Positions 13,425 to 29,686 of a stretch of DNA of 64,000 nt are shown here, in pieces (the stretch's first letter is position 1; every line of letters starts with the position of its first letter). Under the pieces are notes generated by a model. It saw only the letters and a program-made list of their open reading frames with translations, was not told the origin of the DNA and did not search any database. This DNA comes from Eledone cirrhosa. Lineage: Eukaryota. A program made the translations under genes and the position numbers. The stretch lies in NCBI GenBank assembly GCA_964016885.1, contig OZ024748.1:50592001-50656000 (forward strand), given 5' to 3'.

Positions 13425-13910
13425 TATAAATTATGTTCATAGAATCATTTGATAAGATATATACACCATTTCCTCTCCCAATTAGCATAATCAACCTAAA
13501 AAAAAAGCAATTAAACCAAGCTATAAGATTAAAAAGCATCTATAAAGAAATAATAGATAAATAAACGACAGCCATCTATTCGCGATCAACAGCTATAGAA
13601 TATTTACCCAGCATTTCAATAGCACGTGGAAATCGATTAAATATATCGTCAACCATACACAATTAGGTATAAAATTAAAGTTAAAAGAAAAAATGTATAT
13701 AAACATACTAGGATTACGTTTCTACCCCTTAGGGTTTCATTCGATTTTGGAAATACCCGATCAAGGATAAATTCTCGAGCTTCGAAATCATCAGGAAACA
13801 AACTCACAGCATGAAATAACAGCGAGTCTATTATTCCCGCTTTTTCTAACGGTCCAATAAGTGTGTGGGTCATTTTAACGGCGTGATTCATTCACTGGGC
13901 AGAGGGTGAT
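13422..13910 (-). mobile_element. HHR-bearing TA-inserted element, family E (Penelope-like/retrozyme-like)
   Basis: 13422-13716 is homologous to 42843-43140. Contains H2 and is bounded by TA repeats. Confidence 0.7.
13718..13799 (-). ncRNA. Type I hammerhead ribozyme, intact core (H2)
   Basis: Reverse complement GTTTC-CTGATGA-TTTCGA..TCGAAT-GAAA-CCC-TAAG-GGG-TA|GAAAC gives stems I, II and III and a GUA cleavage triplet. Confidence 0.85.
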
Positions 13911-13953
13911 ATATATACATCCATGCGGACTTATGTCTAGTAGATTTGGAAAA

Positions 13954-14033
13954 GCTATCTGAAGAGCTATATCTTTCCATTGGAAATTCTCTGAATCTCC
14001 AATCTTTTGATAAGTGAAACCGTCGGTCATGGC
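13954..14033 (+). ncRNA. Type I hammerhead ribozyme, intact core (H3)
   Basis: GCTAT-CTGAAGA-GCTATATC..GATAAGT-GAAA-CC-GTC-GG-TC|ATGGC; GUC triplet. A diverged copy of the downstream tail lies at ~32172-32280 (-). Confidence 0.85.
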
Positions 14034-14103
14034 ACTAGAAGAGGTAAATACTTAAATCGTATTTTAATATATTTAAAAGATTGTTTAATGTTTACTTGTT
14101 CCG

Positions 14104-14416
<313 letters not shown>

Positions 14417-14436
14417 GTATATATATATATATTGCA

Positions 14437-14520
<84 letters not shown>

Positions 14521-15139
14521 ATATATATATATATATATATTGTAAAGAATATCTATATATTGCAATATATATATATATTGCAAAGAATAAGTAACGTACT
14601 TTATTAAAATCTGTCAGTCTTGTATTGAAAAACAGAAATACAAAATTTCCCCAAACTAGAAAACAAATTAAAAATAAGGGGAAGAATAAAAACAAGAAAT
14701 TGAATTGGTTAAATATATATTTATATATTCATAAATATTTATATATATATACAAATATATTTATATTACACACATGCATATATATGTACCTATATATGTG
14801 TATATATATATGAATATGTGTGCGTGTGTATGCGATGGTATGTATGTATATATGGACATATCTCTTCTTTATCTTTCCGAGTCTTTTACCACAAACAAAT
14901 TGGTAAATATTTAAACTTACGACTTGAAACAAAACGAAATGGTAAGTAATTTCATTAGAGAAAATATGTAAACCCATTATATATGTGATTTTATATATGT
15001 AGCATCATATGATATTGTGCATATATATATCATATATATGTATGCACAATATACATATATATATATTATATGTATATATATATATGAATATATATATGTA
15101 CATGCACATAGATTCATACATACATGTATATACACACAT

Positions 15140-15182
<43 letters not shown>

Positions 15183-15500
15183 CATATACATATATCAGCT
15201 TGATGAAATTTGTTAGTTGGTCAAAATGTCTGTTTGAATCATTTATATATACACATAGGTACATATACTCATATACATATACTTATGTAAATATATGTAT
15301 ATGTAAATATATGTATATGTATACATATATATAATAAACATACGTGACTATGATCGTGTATATATACATATACACACACACACATACACACATATTTCTA
15401 GGGAAATACTTAACACACACACATACATATACATACATACATATGACAGTATGTGAGTATTAATACACACACAGACACACACATATATATATATTTATAA

Positions 15501-15609
<109 letters not shown>

Positions 15610-16007
15610 TATATATATAAATATATATATATAAATATATATATATATAAATATATATAAATATATATATATAAATATATATATATAAATATATATATAT
15701 AAATATATATATATATAAATATATATATATATAAATATATAGGCACACATACATGCTTATGACTGTATGTGTGCCAGCACACAATTACATATATACATAT
15801 TTGTTGGTAAGCTTCTGTCAATGTGTGTATATAGCTATCAATACGTTTGTGACGATGTAGAAACACATGTATGTAGAGGTGTATTTTTGATTAATAATTG
15901 TGCTGTATAGAAATTACATGCTTGCTAAATTAAATAACAACCTACATCAACATACAAATATAGTCCTAATAAGAAATATAAAAATATGTATTAATGATAA
16001 TAATAAT

Positions 16008-16471
16008 AATTGTTTCTACTTTAGGCACAAGGCCAGCAATTACTCAGTACATTACTGGTACTTTATTTTATCGACCCCGTAAGGATGAAAGGCAAAGTTA
16101 ACCTCGGTGGGATTTGAACTCAGACTGTAAAGGGACGTAACTATGCTAGAAAGTATGGCGTCCAACCCTCTACCGATACTGCCAATCCACCGCTCTTTAA
16201 TTATATTAATAATTGTTTCTACGTTAGGCACAAGGCCAGCAATTACCCAGTGTATTACTGGTACTTTATTTTATCGACCCCGTAAGGATGAAAGGCAAAG
16301 TTAACCTCGGTGTGATTTGAACTCAGACTGTAAAGGGACGTAACTATGCTAGAAAGTATGGCGTCCAACCCTCTACCGATACTGCCAATTCACCGCCCTT
16401 TAATGATATTAATAATAACTGTTTCTACTTTTGGCACAAGGCCAGCAATTTTACAGTGTATTACTGGTACT
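16008..16471 (-). mobile_element. Three tandem SINE S1 copies (two full, one partial)
   Basis: Reverse-complement S1 at ~16008-16194, 16211-16398 and 16417-16471. Confidence 0.9.
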
Positions 16472-16504
16472 TAATAATGATATTAATAATAACGATAGAA
16501 ATAG

Positions 16505-17070
16505 GTGATGGTTGTATTGATGAGGATGATGATGATGATGATCATGATCATTATCATCATCATCAACAACTATGATAATGATGGTGATGATGATGATGAT
16601 GATGATGATGAGAGTGATAGTGTTGTTATTGTTGTTGTTGTTGTTGTTGATGTTGATGATGATTATGATGATGATGATGATGGTGGTGGTGGTGATGAAA
16701 ATGATATTGTATTTGCTGTTGATGATGATGAGGACGACGTAGTTGTTGAAGATGATGATGATGATGATGATGATGATGTTTATGATGATTCACATGATTC
16801 AGATGACTATCATGGCGACCATCATGCTCCTGCTGATGATGATAGTGATGTTGATGATACAGTATGTTCTGTTGGTCGAGGTTTTGTGATGATGTCGATG
16901 ATTGTGATGACAAGACTGGGATGAAGAGGGGAAATAATAAGGATAACGAGGATAATGGTGATAACGATGATGATGATGATGATGATGATGATGGTGATAG
17001 CGATGATGATGATGATGAAGAAGATAATGGTGATAACGATGATGATGATGATGATGATAATGGTGATAAC

Positions 17071-17103
<33 letters not shown>

Positions 17104-17392
17104 GATAATGGTGATAACGATGATGATGATGATGATGAAGATAATGGTGATAACGATGATGATGATGATGATGATAATGGTGATAACGATGATGATGATG
17201 ATGATGATGAAGATAATGGTGATAACGATGATGATGATGATGATGAAGATAATGGTGATAACGATGGTGATAATGACGACGATGATGATGATGATGATGC
17301 TATTGCTGATGATGACGATAATGGTGATGTTAACGATGATGATGATGATGATGATGATGATAATGATGATGATATTGATGAAGATGAACATA

Positions 17393-17451
<59 letters not shown>

Positions 17452-17537
17452 AATGACGATGATCATATTGATGAAGATGATCATGATGATGATGATGATG
17501 ATGATGATGATAATGACGATGATGATGATGCTATTGC

Positions 17538-17575
<38 letters not shown>

Positions 17576-17610
17576 CTATTGATGATGATGATGATGATGA
17601 TAATTATGAT
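16505..17610. repeat. (GAT)n array with higher-order gaagataatggtgataac units
   Basis: Direct inspection. Confidence 0.9.
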
Positions 17611-17834
17611 GGCATAGATGAGGATGTAGGATGAGAAACTGAATGATAATGAGGATAAGGAAGAGGAAGGGCAGAGGGAGGAGGAGGAGGTGGATGGTAG
17701 TATTTGTTGTGGCGTGTGGGATGGTGCTGGTGGGGATGGCGTCTGTTGTTGATTTTTAAAATAATGGCAGGCACAAATAATGAGGATATAGATAATGGTG
17801 CCTAATGTTTGGTGAAAATAATGCATGAACGTAT

Positions 17835-17908
17835 AGTAATAATAATAACAATAATGATAATTATAATAATAGTAATAACAACAACAATAATAAGAAAAAA
17901 AAAAAAAA

Positions 17909-17949
<41 letters not shown>

Positions 17950-18042
17950 AGTAATAATAATAATAATGATAATGATAATAGTAATGATAATAACAACAAC
18001 AACAACAACAACAACAATGACAACAAAAATAACAATAATAAT

Positions 18043-18078
<36 letters not shown>

Positions 18079-18089
18079 TGTTTCTAAAG

Positions 18090-18120
<31 letters not shown>
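17835..18120. repeat. (AAT)n/(CAA)n/(GAA)n microsatellites
   Basis: Direct inspection. Confidence 0.9.
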
Positions 18121-18121
<1 letters not shown>

Positions 18122-18253
18122 TGATAAGCAATATATAAGAAAATTGAATAACCGAATGGAACAACTATATGAGATTAGTGTGTATGTATAATATATAAGC
18201 ATATGTACCACATATATACCACACTATAGATACGTATATATATATATATATAC

Positions 18254-18293
<40 letters not shown>

Positions 18294-18314
18294 GTATATA
18301 TATATACGTATATA

Positions 18315-18379
<65 letters not shown>

Positions 18380-18571
18380 TAATATAATAATATATTAAAC
18401 AAACATATATAATAAATATATATACAAACATATATATATAAAATATATATACAAATATACATATGCAGACCTATATATAGAAACATATATTATATATATA
18501 ACATATATATACACACCTATAATATATTCGTAGTCGTGCACACAAACTTGCCCATAAAAACGGTTACCAAG

Positions 18572-18604
<33 letters not shown>

Positions 18605-18626
18605 CTTATTAATATATATATATATA

Positions 18627-18696
<70 letters not shown>

Positions 18697-18748
18697 TATA
18701 CATATATATATATATAAATGCATATATATATACATATATATGTACATA

Positions 18749-18822
<74 letters not shown>

Positions 18823-18976
18823 TATATATGTATATATATATATATATATGTATATGTATATATATAATACATATTTGATTTCTTTGATTATATGAAATAT
18901 CAAAGATTTATGCTAGAAACAATATTAATTTAGTTTTTCCTGTTTTGCTACACAATGCTTTGCCGCGTTTCATGCC

Positions 18977-19021
<45 letters not shown>

Positions 19022-19026
19022 ATATA

Positions 19027-19058
<32 letters not shown>

Positions 19059-19123
19059 CATATATATACATATATATATATGTATATATATATATACATA
19101 TATATATATACATATATATGTAT

Positions 19124-19189
<66 letters not shown>

Positions 19190-19506
19190 ACATATATATA
19201 TACATATATATATGTACGTGTACCTACGAGTGTATACTTCTTCTGCCTGTCTGTAATTGTATATGGTAAGTCTAACGATAATAATGATGCAGATATTAAT
19301 GATGAAAACTTTGATGATGATGGTGGTGGTGATGATGGTTGTGGTGGTGGCGTCGATGATGTTGATGATGGCGATGTTGATGATGATGATGATGGTGGTG
19401 ATGATGATTGTGGTGGCGGTGGTGGTGGTGATGATGATGTTGATGATAATGATGGTGGCGGTGGTGGCGCTGATGATGATGATGATGGTAGTGGTGGTGA
19501 TGGTGG

Positions 19507-19679
19507 TGGCACAAGGCCAGCAATTACCCAGTACATTACTGGTACTTTATTTTATCGACCCCGTAAGGATGAAAGGCAAAGTCAACCTCGGCGGGATTTG
19601 AACTCAGATCGTAAAGGGACGTAACTATGCTGGAAAGCATGGCGTCCGACCCTCTACCGATACTGCCAATCCACCGCCC
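19507..19679 (-). mobile_element. SINE S1 embedded in a (GAT/GGT)n tract spanning ~19270-20050
   Basis: S1 head and core on the minus strand. Confidence 0.9.
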
Positions 19680-20450
19680 TGATGATGATGTGATAATTAT
19701 GAGAACAATGATGATGATGAGAATGATGTTGGTGAGATGTTGGTGATGTAGTGTCTGCTTATGACTATCATGACGACGAAGACGACGACGACAATGATGA
19801 TGATGATGATGATGCTGATGATGACGTTAACGATAATGATGATGATGATGATGATGATGATGATTATGGTGGTGGTGATGATGATGATGATGATGACGAT
19901 AATGAAAATGACGGTGATGATGTGATTATCATGATGATGATCAGGGGGATGATGTTAATAATAATATTGATGATGATGATGTTGGTGATGATGATGATGG
20001 GGATGATGATGGTGATGATGACGACGACGACGACGACTACGATGAATATGATGAGGCCGTTCTTTGATTGTCTACGTCAGTGTAAGCATGTGTTTGTGAT
20101 TGTGATTGCCTATATATTTTTGTTTCAATTTCTTGTTTACTCGCTTTTGTTGACGTTGTTTGCAGTGCTATTATTAAATCAATGTATTTGTGTATATATA
20201 TTTATATATATACATGTACGTGTGTGTATGAGTGTGTGTGTGTGTGTGAGTATATGTATGTGTGTGCTGTGTCTATGTCTGTCTGTATGCGTACGTGTGC
20301 TTTGAGTGTTGTGTGTTTTTGTCTCTATGTGTAGTTGTACATCTTCCTGCCTCTGATTGTTAATGTTGATAAAGTTGATAAATTAAAAACCTTCCAAAAA
20401 ACAATATATGAAAACTTTTGTGCCGTTTTTCTTTCCATTCTTTATTAATA

Positions 20451-20550
<100 letters not shown>

Positions 20551-21112
20551 TGTTGTTTTTATTGTGGTAACATTTGTTGTTCTATTTCTATAATTCCTCC
20601 ATTTTGTTTTTACTTTTGTTTTTCAATTTGCTTCATAAATTTCGATAGAGATTCAGTTAATTAAAAATTTTTACAGATGGCAGATGGTTTGATTTTTCGC
20701 TTTTATTTTCATTCCTGTTAATTTTTGTACATAGGTGTGTATATATATATTATATATATAATATATGTTTCTATATATAGGTCTGCATATGTATATTTGT
20801 ATATATATTTTATATATATATATGTTTGTATATATATTTAGTATATATGTTTGTTTAATATATATTTTGTATAAAAGTTTGTATATACATTTTGTATATA
20901 TGTTTGTATAATATATATTATATATAGTTTTTGGTGTTTTGTTTCCCATATATTTGTTTTGATCTTTGTTTCCAAGATATTTCCTAATCAAAAACGACGT
21001 GGAATATATTTGTAGACAAAAGTAAATGTGAATTATTTATTATATTCATTTTAAAATTTTAATATATATACATACATACATACATACATACATACATACA
21101 TACATACATACA

Positions 21113-21148
<36 letters not shown>

Positions 21149-21172
21149 TTTCATATGTATTATATGAACATG

Positions 21173-21205
<33 letters not shown>

Positions 21206-21764
21206 TTATCTATATATATTTGTCTTTGTGTGTATGTGTGTGTATGTGTGTGGGGATTTGTGAATGTGAGAGTGTATTTGTGAATGTATGCATGCATGAT
21301 TATAAACTATACGATCGTGTAGAAACACAGACCGATAAAATATTCAAATGAATTGATAGAAATTCATTTTAACGAGCAAGCATAAAGATAGGACAGAGGC
21401 AAGGAGATTGCGCAAAAAAGCAGGATTGTGTGTATGGGCATGGATGGATAAGTATGTAAGCCAGACGTGTAATATCAGATGGATAAAGAAATAAGGGGTG
21501 GGGGAGGTAGGGAGCAAGTGTTGGGTGGAGGAATGCAGAGTTAATGAGGGGGAGATGTGGAATGTTAGATTAGCTTTTTACAACTTAAAATTAAAAGCAG
21601 CACAATGATTCTGAATACAAAATCAAATCAAATAAAGGAATTATCTGTATGTATGAATATATGTATGGAAGTATATATGGATGTATATATGTATGTATGT
21701 ATGTATATATATATATATATGTGTGTGCTTGTGTGTGTTCGAGTTAGTGTGTGGCAGTATGTGA

Positions 21765-21813
<49 letters not shown>

Positions 21814-21910
21814 AATACATATACACACACATACACATACATACACTATAGATTAACTATAGATGTATATATATTTGTAAATAATAGTGTATAATTATTG
21901 AAACGTAGCA

Positions 21911-21986
<76 letters not shown>

Positions 21987-22024
21987 ATCTCTATATCTCT
22001 ATTTGAGAATTTTTATAAAAGTAC

Positions 22025-22167
<143 letters not shown>

Positions 22168-22305
22168 TGGTATAAATGGGTATATTTCTGTGGACGTCAT
22201 ATTTGCAATTATAGAAGTAACACCAGTAATTAATATTGATTTTCCTTTTGCTAAAAATTAGATAATCTTTGTTGGGGGGATGAATATTTGTTTGAAAGGA
22301 CCTTA

Positions 22306-22356
<51 letters not shown>

Positions 22357-22364
22357 GGAGGGAG

Positions 22365-22429
<65 letters not shown>

Positions 22430-22495
22430 TACATATATATATACATAAATATCTATATCTATATATATGTATATATATATTGTTATTCAGAAACG

Positions 22496-22560
<65 letters not shown>

Positions 22561-23002
22561 CGTGTGTGTGTATTTGTGTGAATACATATGCCTAAATGTT
22601 ATGACTCAAAGAGTAATTTTCAAACGTACAGTCCTCCGCTTTATTGTTATATTTATATATCCATGCCAATGCATCTTGTTAATGTGGAATATTTTTATTA
22701 ATAACAACATAGTCTATTTTTTCGCCTGTCAGAAATCTAAAGACGTGTGACTATGCAAATTTATAATAATTATCATTAATATAATACACTTATTTCCAAT
22801 CTTCTCTTACGTTACTTATACGTAAATATTAACGATGATTTATAACACCGACAAAAACATAGCCAGGATGAAATTTTCAAATAAACTGATTCTAATATTT
22901 CATTTCTAGTTTCTTTATCAACTCAAAAGAAAGATAATCCAGTGATGCAAAATCACGAAGCCAGAATTTGCAGCATTATAAATCCACTTCCTTCCATTCT
23001 TC

Positions 23003-23480
23003 TAATAATACTGATAATTGTTTCTACTTTTGGCTCAAGGCCAGCAATTATCTCAGTGTATTACTGGTACTTTATTTTATCGACCCGTCTTCTAATAATA
23101 CTAATAATTGTTGCTACTTTTGGCTCAAGGCCAGCAATTATCCCAGTGCATTACTGGTACTTTATTTTATCGACCCCGTCTTCTAATAATTCTAATAATT
23201 GTTGCTACTTTTGGCTCAAGGCCAGCAATTATCCCAGTGCATTACTGGTACTTTATTTTATCGATCCCGTAAGGAGGAAAGACAAAGCTAACCTCGGCGG
23301 GACTTGATCTCAGAACGTAGAGCTCCATAGCTCTATGCTGCAAAGCATGTCCGACACTCTACCGATACTGATAATCCACAGCCGTTAATACTAATAATTG
23401 TTTCACTTTTGGCGCAAGGCCAGCAATTAACCAGTGCATTACTGGTACTTTATTTTATAGACCCCGTAAGGCAAAGTTAG
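23003..23480 (-). mobile_element. Four tandem SINE S1 pieces
   Basis: Repeated aattgttgctacttttggctcaaggccagcaatt units; one full copy at ~23195-23385. Confidence 0.85.
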
Positions 23481-24190
23481 TCCCGACTAAAAAGGATGAT
23501 TTACTACAAACCATTAATACATACAATTTAAATGGTCTTATATATAATCGATTCTACTGACTCTAGTGATTACCAGTTATGTATTTTATTACCATGATAA
23601 TATGAAATTCTAAGTCCACCTTATCGTTGCATCAGAGTTGATATATGGAAAGTAATTTTTAATTCCTGGCGATTATCTGCTCCTTATTTTTTAATGTCAC
23701 TATTAATTGCCACTGAGATTTGTTTTCCATCTAGTTGTGCTCAAAGCAGATAGCCGTTACGTGTAACTTACTGACACAATTATAATTAATATATTAAAAC
23801 AACACGTGGTTGTCCTTTCCGTCTTTCTCCACGACCGGAGACAGATTACGCATTTGTGTATGTTCTGTAGTAGTAAAATGAACCCATCCAAGCACTAGTG
23901 TTCAGTTTTTCTGTTTGCCTCAGCCCTTACCAACTCTCCGTATTGCACGAAATCATAAATGAAATAAAATCATCATTTCATGCAATACGAGAAAGGGTTG
24001 GTGTCTTTATGACCAGTTAAAAGCACAGGAGAGACGTGTGTGTTGCTTCTTGTCAAATAGAGAAGAGGAACTATATTTACCATGTACTTGGTAGACTGCT
24101 GGATCATTTCCATCCAAAGTATTCCAGTGATATTTGATTTTGTACCAGCACACAAAGAAAGACTGTGCTGCTGTGTATGAATCATGGACA

Positions 24191-24405
24191 GGCGCATTAG
24201 GTACTATCTCAAAGAGTTTCCAAGGGTGGTTAAAGAAGATTAGTCTAGCCCCGCTTTTTGGAACACTTCAAAAGTCGTGCTTGCTGGGAACAGCAAGTAC
24301 CCTCCGATACGTCCTGAATATCTGAGGCTGCAGGTAGTGGCTTGATATTCATTTCAACAAACAAACTTTCCAGTTAACTAACATCAATGACTGAGACTCA
24401 AAGAA
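24191..24405 (+). mobile_element. 3' end of Dong/R4-clade non-LTR retrotransposon
   Basis: GALGTISKSFQGWLKKI..LQKSCLLGTASTLRYVL* resembles the RLE C-terminus of R4/Dong elements, followed by a short UTR and a (TAA)n tract. Confidence 0.75.
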
Positions 24406-24424
24406 CAACAACAACAATAATAAA

Positions 24425-24471
<47 letters not shown>

Positions 24472-24921
24472 TAATAATAATAATAATAACAATAATAATA
24501 ATAGTAACCAGCTCACCAGCATCATCATAAGCGCCGTTATCATGTATGTTAGAAAATATTTGAAGTGTCGAAACATGAATTTATCAGCTCGAGAGAATTT
24601 TCCTATAAAATATAAGAAAATAAATTAACAAACATCAGACATAGCGCCAACGCCACCATCAGCAATAACATGAGAAATATGAAAAATAACAGCAACAGCA
24701 ACAACAACGACAGAAGTAATAGCAACAACAAAGACAACAACAATATTTTCCAATGCGAGATAATGCAAAAAAAATATTGATAGATGTAATAAAGCTAGAA
24801 ATTGCAGTGGTTTAATTAAAAATCTCTATGAAATATTCCTAGATGAATTCAATGAGACAACAATATAATTAATGTCGGAAATAAATTATATATCGATATG
24901 ATCAAATTCATATTCATTTTA

Positions 24922-24954
<33 letters not shown>

Positions 24955-24966
24955 AATGTATGCATG

Positions 24967-25056
<90 letters not shown>

Positions 25057-25278
25057 CGTGTGCGTGCGTGTGTGTGTGTGTGTGTATGTATGCACATAAG
25101 CTTGTCTACTCAATTATCAATATAGATATTTGTGCTGTCCTCCGATCAATTTGCAGCATAGAGCTATCATTTAATCTCTCCCCCTCGTCTCTTTTTTCTC
25201 TTGCTCCCTCTCTACCTACCTATCTACTTCTCTCTCTCTCTCTCTCTCTCTTTCTCTTTATATATATATATATATATA

Positions 25279-25348
<70 letters not shown>

Positions 25349-25501
25349 CATATATGTATATATATATATATGTGTGTGTGTATATATATATATATATACA
25401 TAAATATATATATATATATATATATAAGTTGTAATAAAATGAAAACGAAATTTCATTTCTCACTCTTAGTACGGCACTTACTCAAATATACATACATACT
25501 T

Positions 25502-25609
<108 letters not shown>

Positions 25610-27149
25610 AAATTTTAATGTAGTACGTGTCTATTTAATTATCTAGAAATAAATGTACGCATACGTGTATATATGTTATGAAAAAAACAATTTAAAGGAC
25701 TAGCTCAATAGTTTTGTGTACCTTAATGAGTTTTAGATTGTTAAGCGGTGAATGTTGAAACTGAAATACAGTATTTCACATTTTAAGACTTATATACCTA
25801 CATTTATTAGTGGAATGTTATAATTATATATATGGGTATTTACTGAACATAAATCTACAAATAGTTTATACAGATGTTGCTATATTTTTAACAGTCAAAA
25901 CTTTCTTATTGCTGATTTGGTGTTGGGTTGGCATAGTTTTTGGTGGCTACCATCCTACTCCACTGACTCTTTTGAAAAATTGTCTTAACTGCAATTCACA
26001 CCGAATATTTCAATATGTACATTACCTTTTTACCATCACCTCAATCGATTTCATTAGCCTATATGATTATTTATAATTCATAATTTATGATGTTACATCC
26101 TTCTGCTCTTCCCAGAATTATTTGCAGTGTTGGCGCAATTTATTATTTTCCAGCATATAGTTATGTTTGTATATTTTTTATCCATTGAGTTTCAAATGTG
26201 ACGCGATAAACTAGAGACGATTCCTCATAAACGTCTGCTGAATGAACACATATGCTTTATATATCTAGTGTTCATTGTTGCAAATCCTACATAGTAGTTT
26301 TTGTAGGAGTTTCTCTATTGCAGTACAATTTTATTATCATATATTTCATTTTACAAACAAGAACCACTTTACAGTAGTGGTCTTAATGTGATATACTTGC
26401 ATACGTCTTTATTTGACGATCGTGACTTATTAATTATTTCATGAAAAAGTGATTGGTTGGTGTGCTTTTGTTACAATGTGAAAATGTAGCTAATACTGTC
26501 AAAGAACACTAATGAGTTGAACATATTTTAGGGATCAACACTAGAAATTGTTTCAATATATTTGAAGTTGTATTGAACCTGATGGGCTCTTGAAGTTTAT
26601 TTGCATGCCTCTCTCGGTGTCTATGAGTTTGTTTAAATTTGTTATTGACTCCAGCTTTCCTTTATACATATTCTTTCATGATCATATAGATTCCTCGCAG
26701 AATCTATTAAGGGGAATGCAATATGTGTCCATCCTAAAAGAAATCAAAAACCTAAATATTAGTTACTTACACAAGATGAATCAGATCATCTTCCAATAAA
26801 GGATTGAAAAGTTGACTCAAGTCAATTTTGCATATTGAATGTTGGCTGTGTTACAAGATACAAACCCGAATGTGGTAAAACTTATATGATGACAATAAAA
26901 TATCTTTCTGTGTTAAATGCACCATTTTAAAAGTGATTACAGCTTGAATTACCCACAGCGAGATTAATATGTGTTTATTGTGAAACAATGTAATGTATAT
27001 GCTCCAATATACGCCTAAATTCTCGGCCGCTCTGTATTAATGCTGCTCCTAATTAACACAAACCCATCAAATCTGCACTATGCGCAGATGAAAATTTACA
27101 TAACTGTATGTATATATACATGTGTTTGTTTGTGTGTGTGTGTGAGACG

Positions 27150-27340
<191 letters not shown>

Positions 27341-27419
27341 GAAATGGTACAGTCAAAACGTGTAAACAGTTTTCAATCTTCAGCACCCCATTCTAAGTCT
27401 GGATGTATATATATATATA

Positions 27420-27633
27420 TATTTATTAAAATAACAGATTAAAGTTTAAGCAAAGAATCGCTGCTTTCACCATTAACGGGATCTTCTGAAACTCCCGTTA
27501 AGGGTGAAAGCAGCGATTCTTTGCTTAAACTTTTATCTGTTATCTTAATAAATATTTGCTCTACGGTTCTTATATATTTGATATATATTTATCCTTATCC
27601 TCTTTGGATTTTAGTCTTCAAATTTATTATTAT

Positions 27634-27637
<4 letters not shown>
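27420..27637 (+). mobile_element. Fold-back HHR-bearing TA-inserted element, family B
   Basis: ~65-bp inverted arms around ..gatcttc|tgaaactccc... The arms give (CT)GAAGA-TCCC-GTTAA-GGGT-GAAA-GCA..TGC-TT. Fragments also at 45955-46000 and 63616-63705. Confidence 0.75.
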
Positions 27638-27690
<53 letters not shown>

Positions 27691-28515
27691 CACAGAGACT
27701 GTTCGGATACATATGTGACGAAGGGCGAGTAACGAAACATATATACTTAGACATTTTATGCAATAAACCTCGTCTATTGTTATATATACGACTACTATAC
27801 AACTTGGGAAAAAAGATTCATATGTTATCAAATGGAAAATATTTTTAATATTGAATATTAGGTATGAGAAATATGTACTAAATATTACTGGTACAGTAAC
27901 AAAACGGTGAATGTCTGATATCTAATTCAGTTGTTAGATAACAAGGGAGGTAACCCCACAGACTCCTGAGTTAAATAACAGCATCCCGCATCAAGCGATT
28001 GTGGGGACACCATACATTATTACGCATGCTATGCACGTCGCTATTTTTTCAAAATAAATCCCATGGCAGAGAGTTATATTTGCGGACGTTGCCTTAATGA
28101 AAAACGACTCAAATATTAATAAGAAAAATATCAACAACAACATCAACGTCAACATCAGCACCAATAACAACAAAAACTACAACCACAATAACAACCACAA
28201 CAACGATGACAACAGCAATACCAGCAACAATTTATACGAATGCGAGAAGCCTCAAAATGTTATAATTTTTGCGAAAATCATTAATAATGAAATCATTAGA
28301 TTATTAATGGAAAAGATAATTAGCAAGAAGATGAATTCATATTAAAATATGGAAATATTATGAGGTGACGAAAGAAAATGATTATGAGAGAATGTGGAAA
28401 AAATAAAACGTTTAATTTAAAATATTTGCAATTCAATACACACAGATAAGCACAGTCACAGAAACAAACACATGCGTATAATGCACACACACACACATCT
28501 CTCTCTTCCCCCCTA

Positions 28516-28614
<99 letters not shown>

Positions 28615-29655
28615 AACATATATACATAAACATATATACATAAACATATTACGTTTGAATATATAATGTATGAATATATATATATATATATAATATACAT
28701 ATATACATATATATATATACATGCATACATATATATATATGTATATATATATATATGTATGTACATATGTGTGTGTGTATGTACATATGTACATAAAAAT
28801 GCGTACATTATTATTCGTGTACATGTTTAAATGCGTATGTGTATTCGGGGGTGTATATGTGTGTGTGTCTGCATCTGTGTGTATTTATCTAATGGCAATA
28901 TTTCGTAACACAAATCTGTAGAAGGAAGACTACAGAATTTTAGAGGGAAAGAGATGTAAATTAGTATAAAAACACCAAAAGAATCCCTCAAATGTTGGCA
29001 GAAATATAATCAAATATATGGACTCAGCTCTTAAAATAAATTTTACAAATAACAAAATATACAATTGAAAAAAAAAGAGTATTAATAAAATAAAGAGGAA
29101 ACACGTTAAAATGAAAACTAACAAAGAGACAATTATTTTTTTTATTTAAATAACAAAATATAGTAAAAACAAATAACACTAAATGAAGATGCAGGAGGAA
29201 ATTTACAAATAAATAAATAAATAAATAAACAAATAACTACTGAAAGGAATACAGAAATACAGAAAGACGAGGAATCCGAAACACGCGAAAAAATATCAAT
29301 TATGGAATCAGTAATCGTTTGGGTAATATTGAACAGCGACAAAGTGTAATAGCGAATTAGCATATTAACGAACATTAAGCAAATTAGCGGTCTTCTTAAT
29401 ATATTTGCTTTATTCAATGAGAAGCAGCAGCGGATTCTTGACGTGCGAATTTCAAATTTATTTAATTTTAGTCTTAATTTCTTTCAACAAATTTTGTTTT
29501 TCATTTTTTTCTCCTTGTTTTATTTAATTTATATATTATTATTATTGTTGTTGTTATTATTACTATCATTATTATTGTGAAATTTTAATTTTCATTATCA
29601 TTACATACGCACCTAAATGTACACACACGAACACAGACATGAACATACAGACTCG

Positions 29656-29686
<31 letters not shown>

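Noticed and set aside
16505-17826. Asp-rich (aspein-like biomineralisation) or poly-Ile/Met ORFs
   Set aside because: A (GAT)n microsatellite that is open in several frames, with no signal peptide or unique coding flank.
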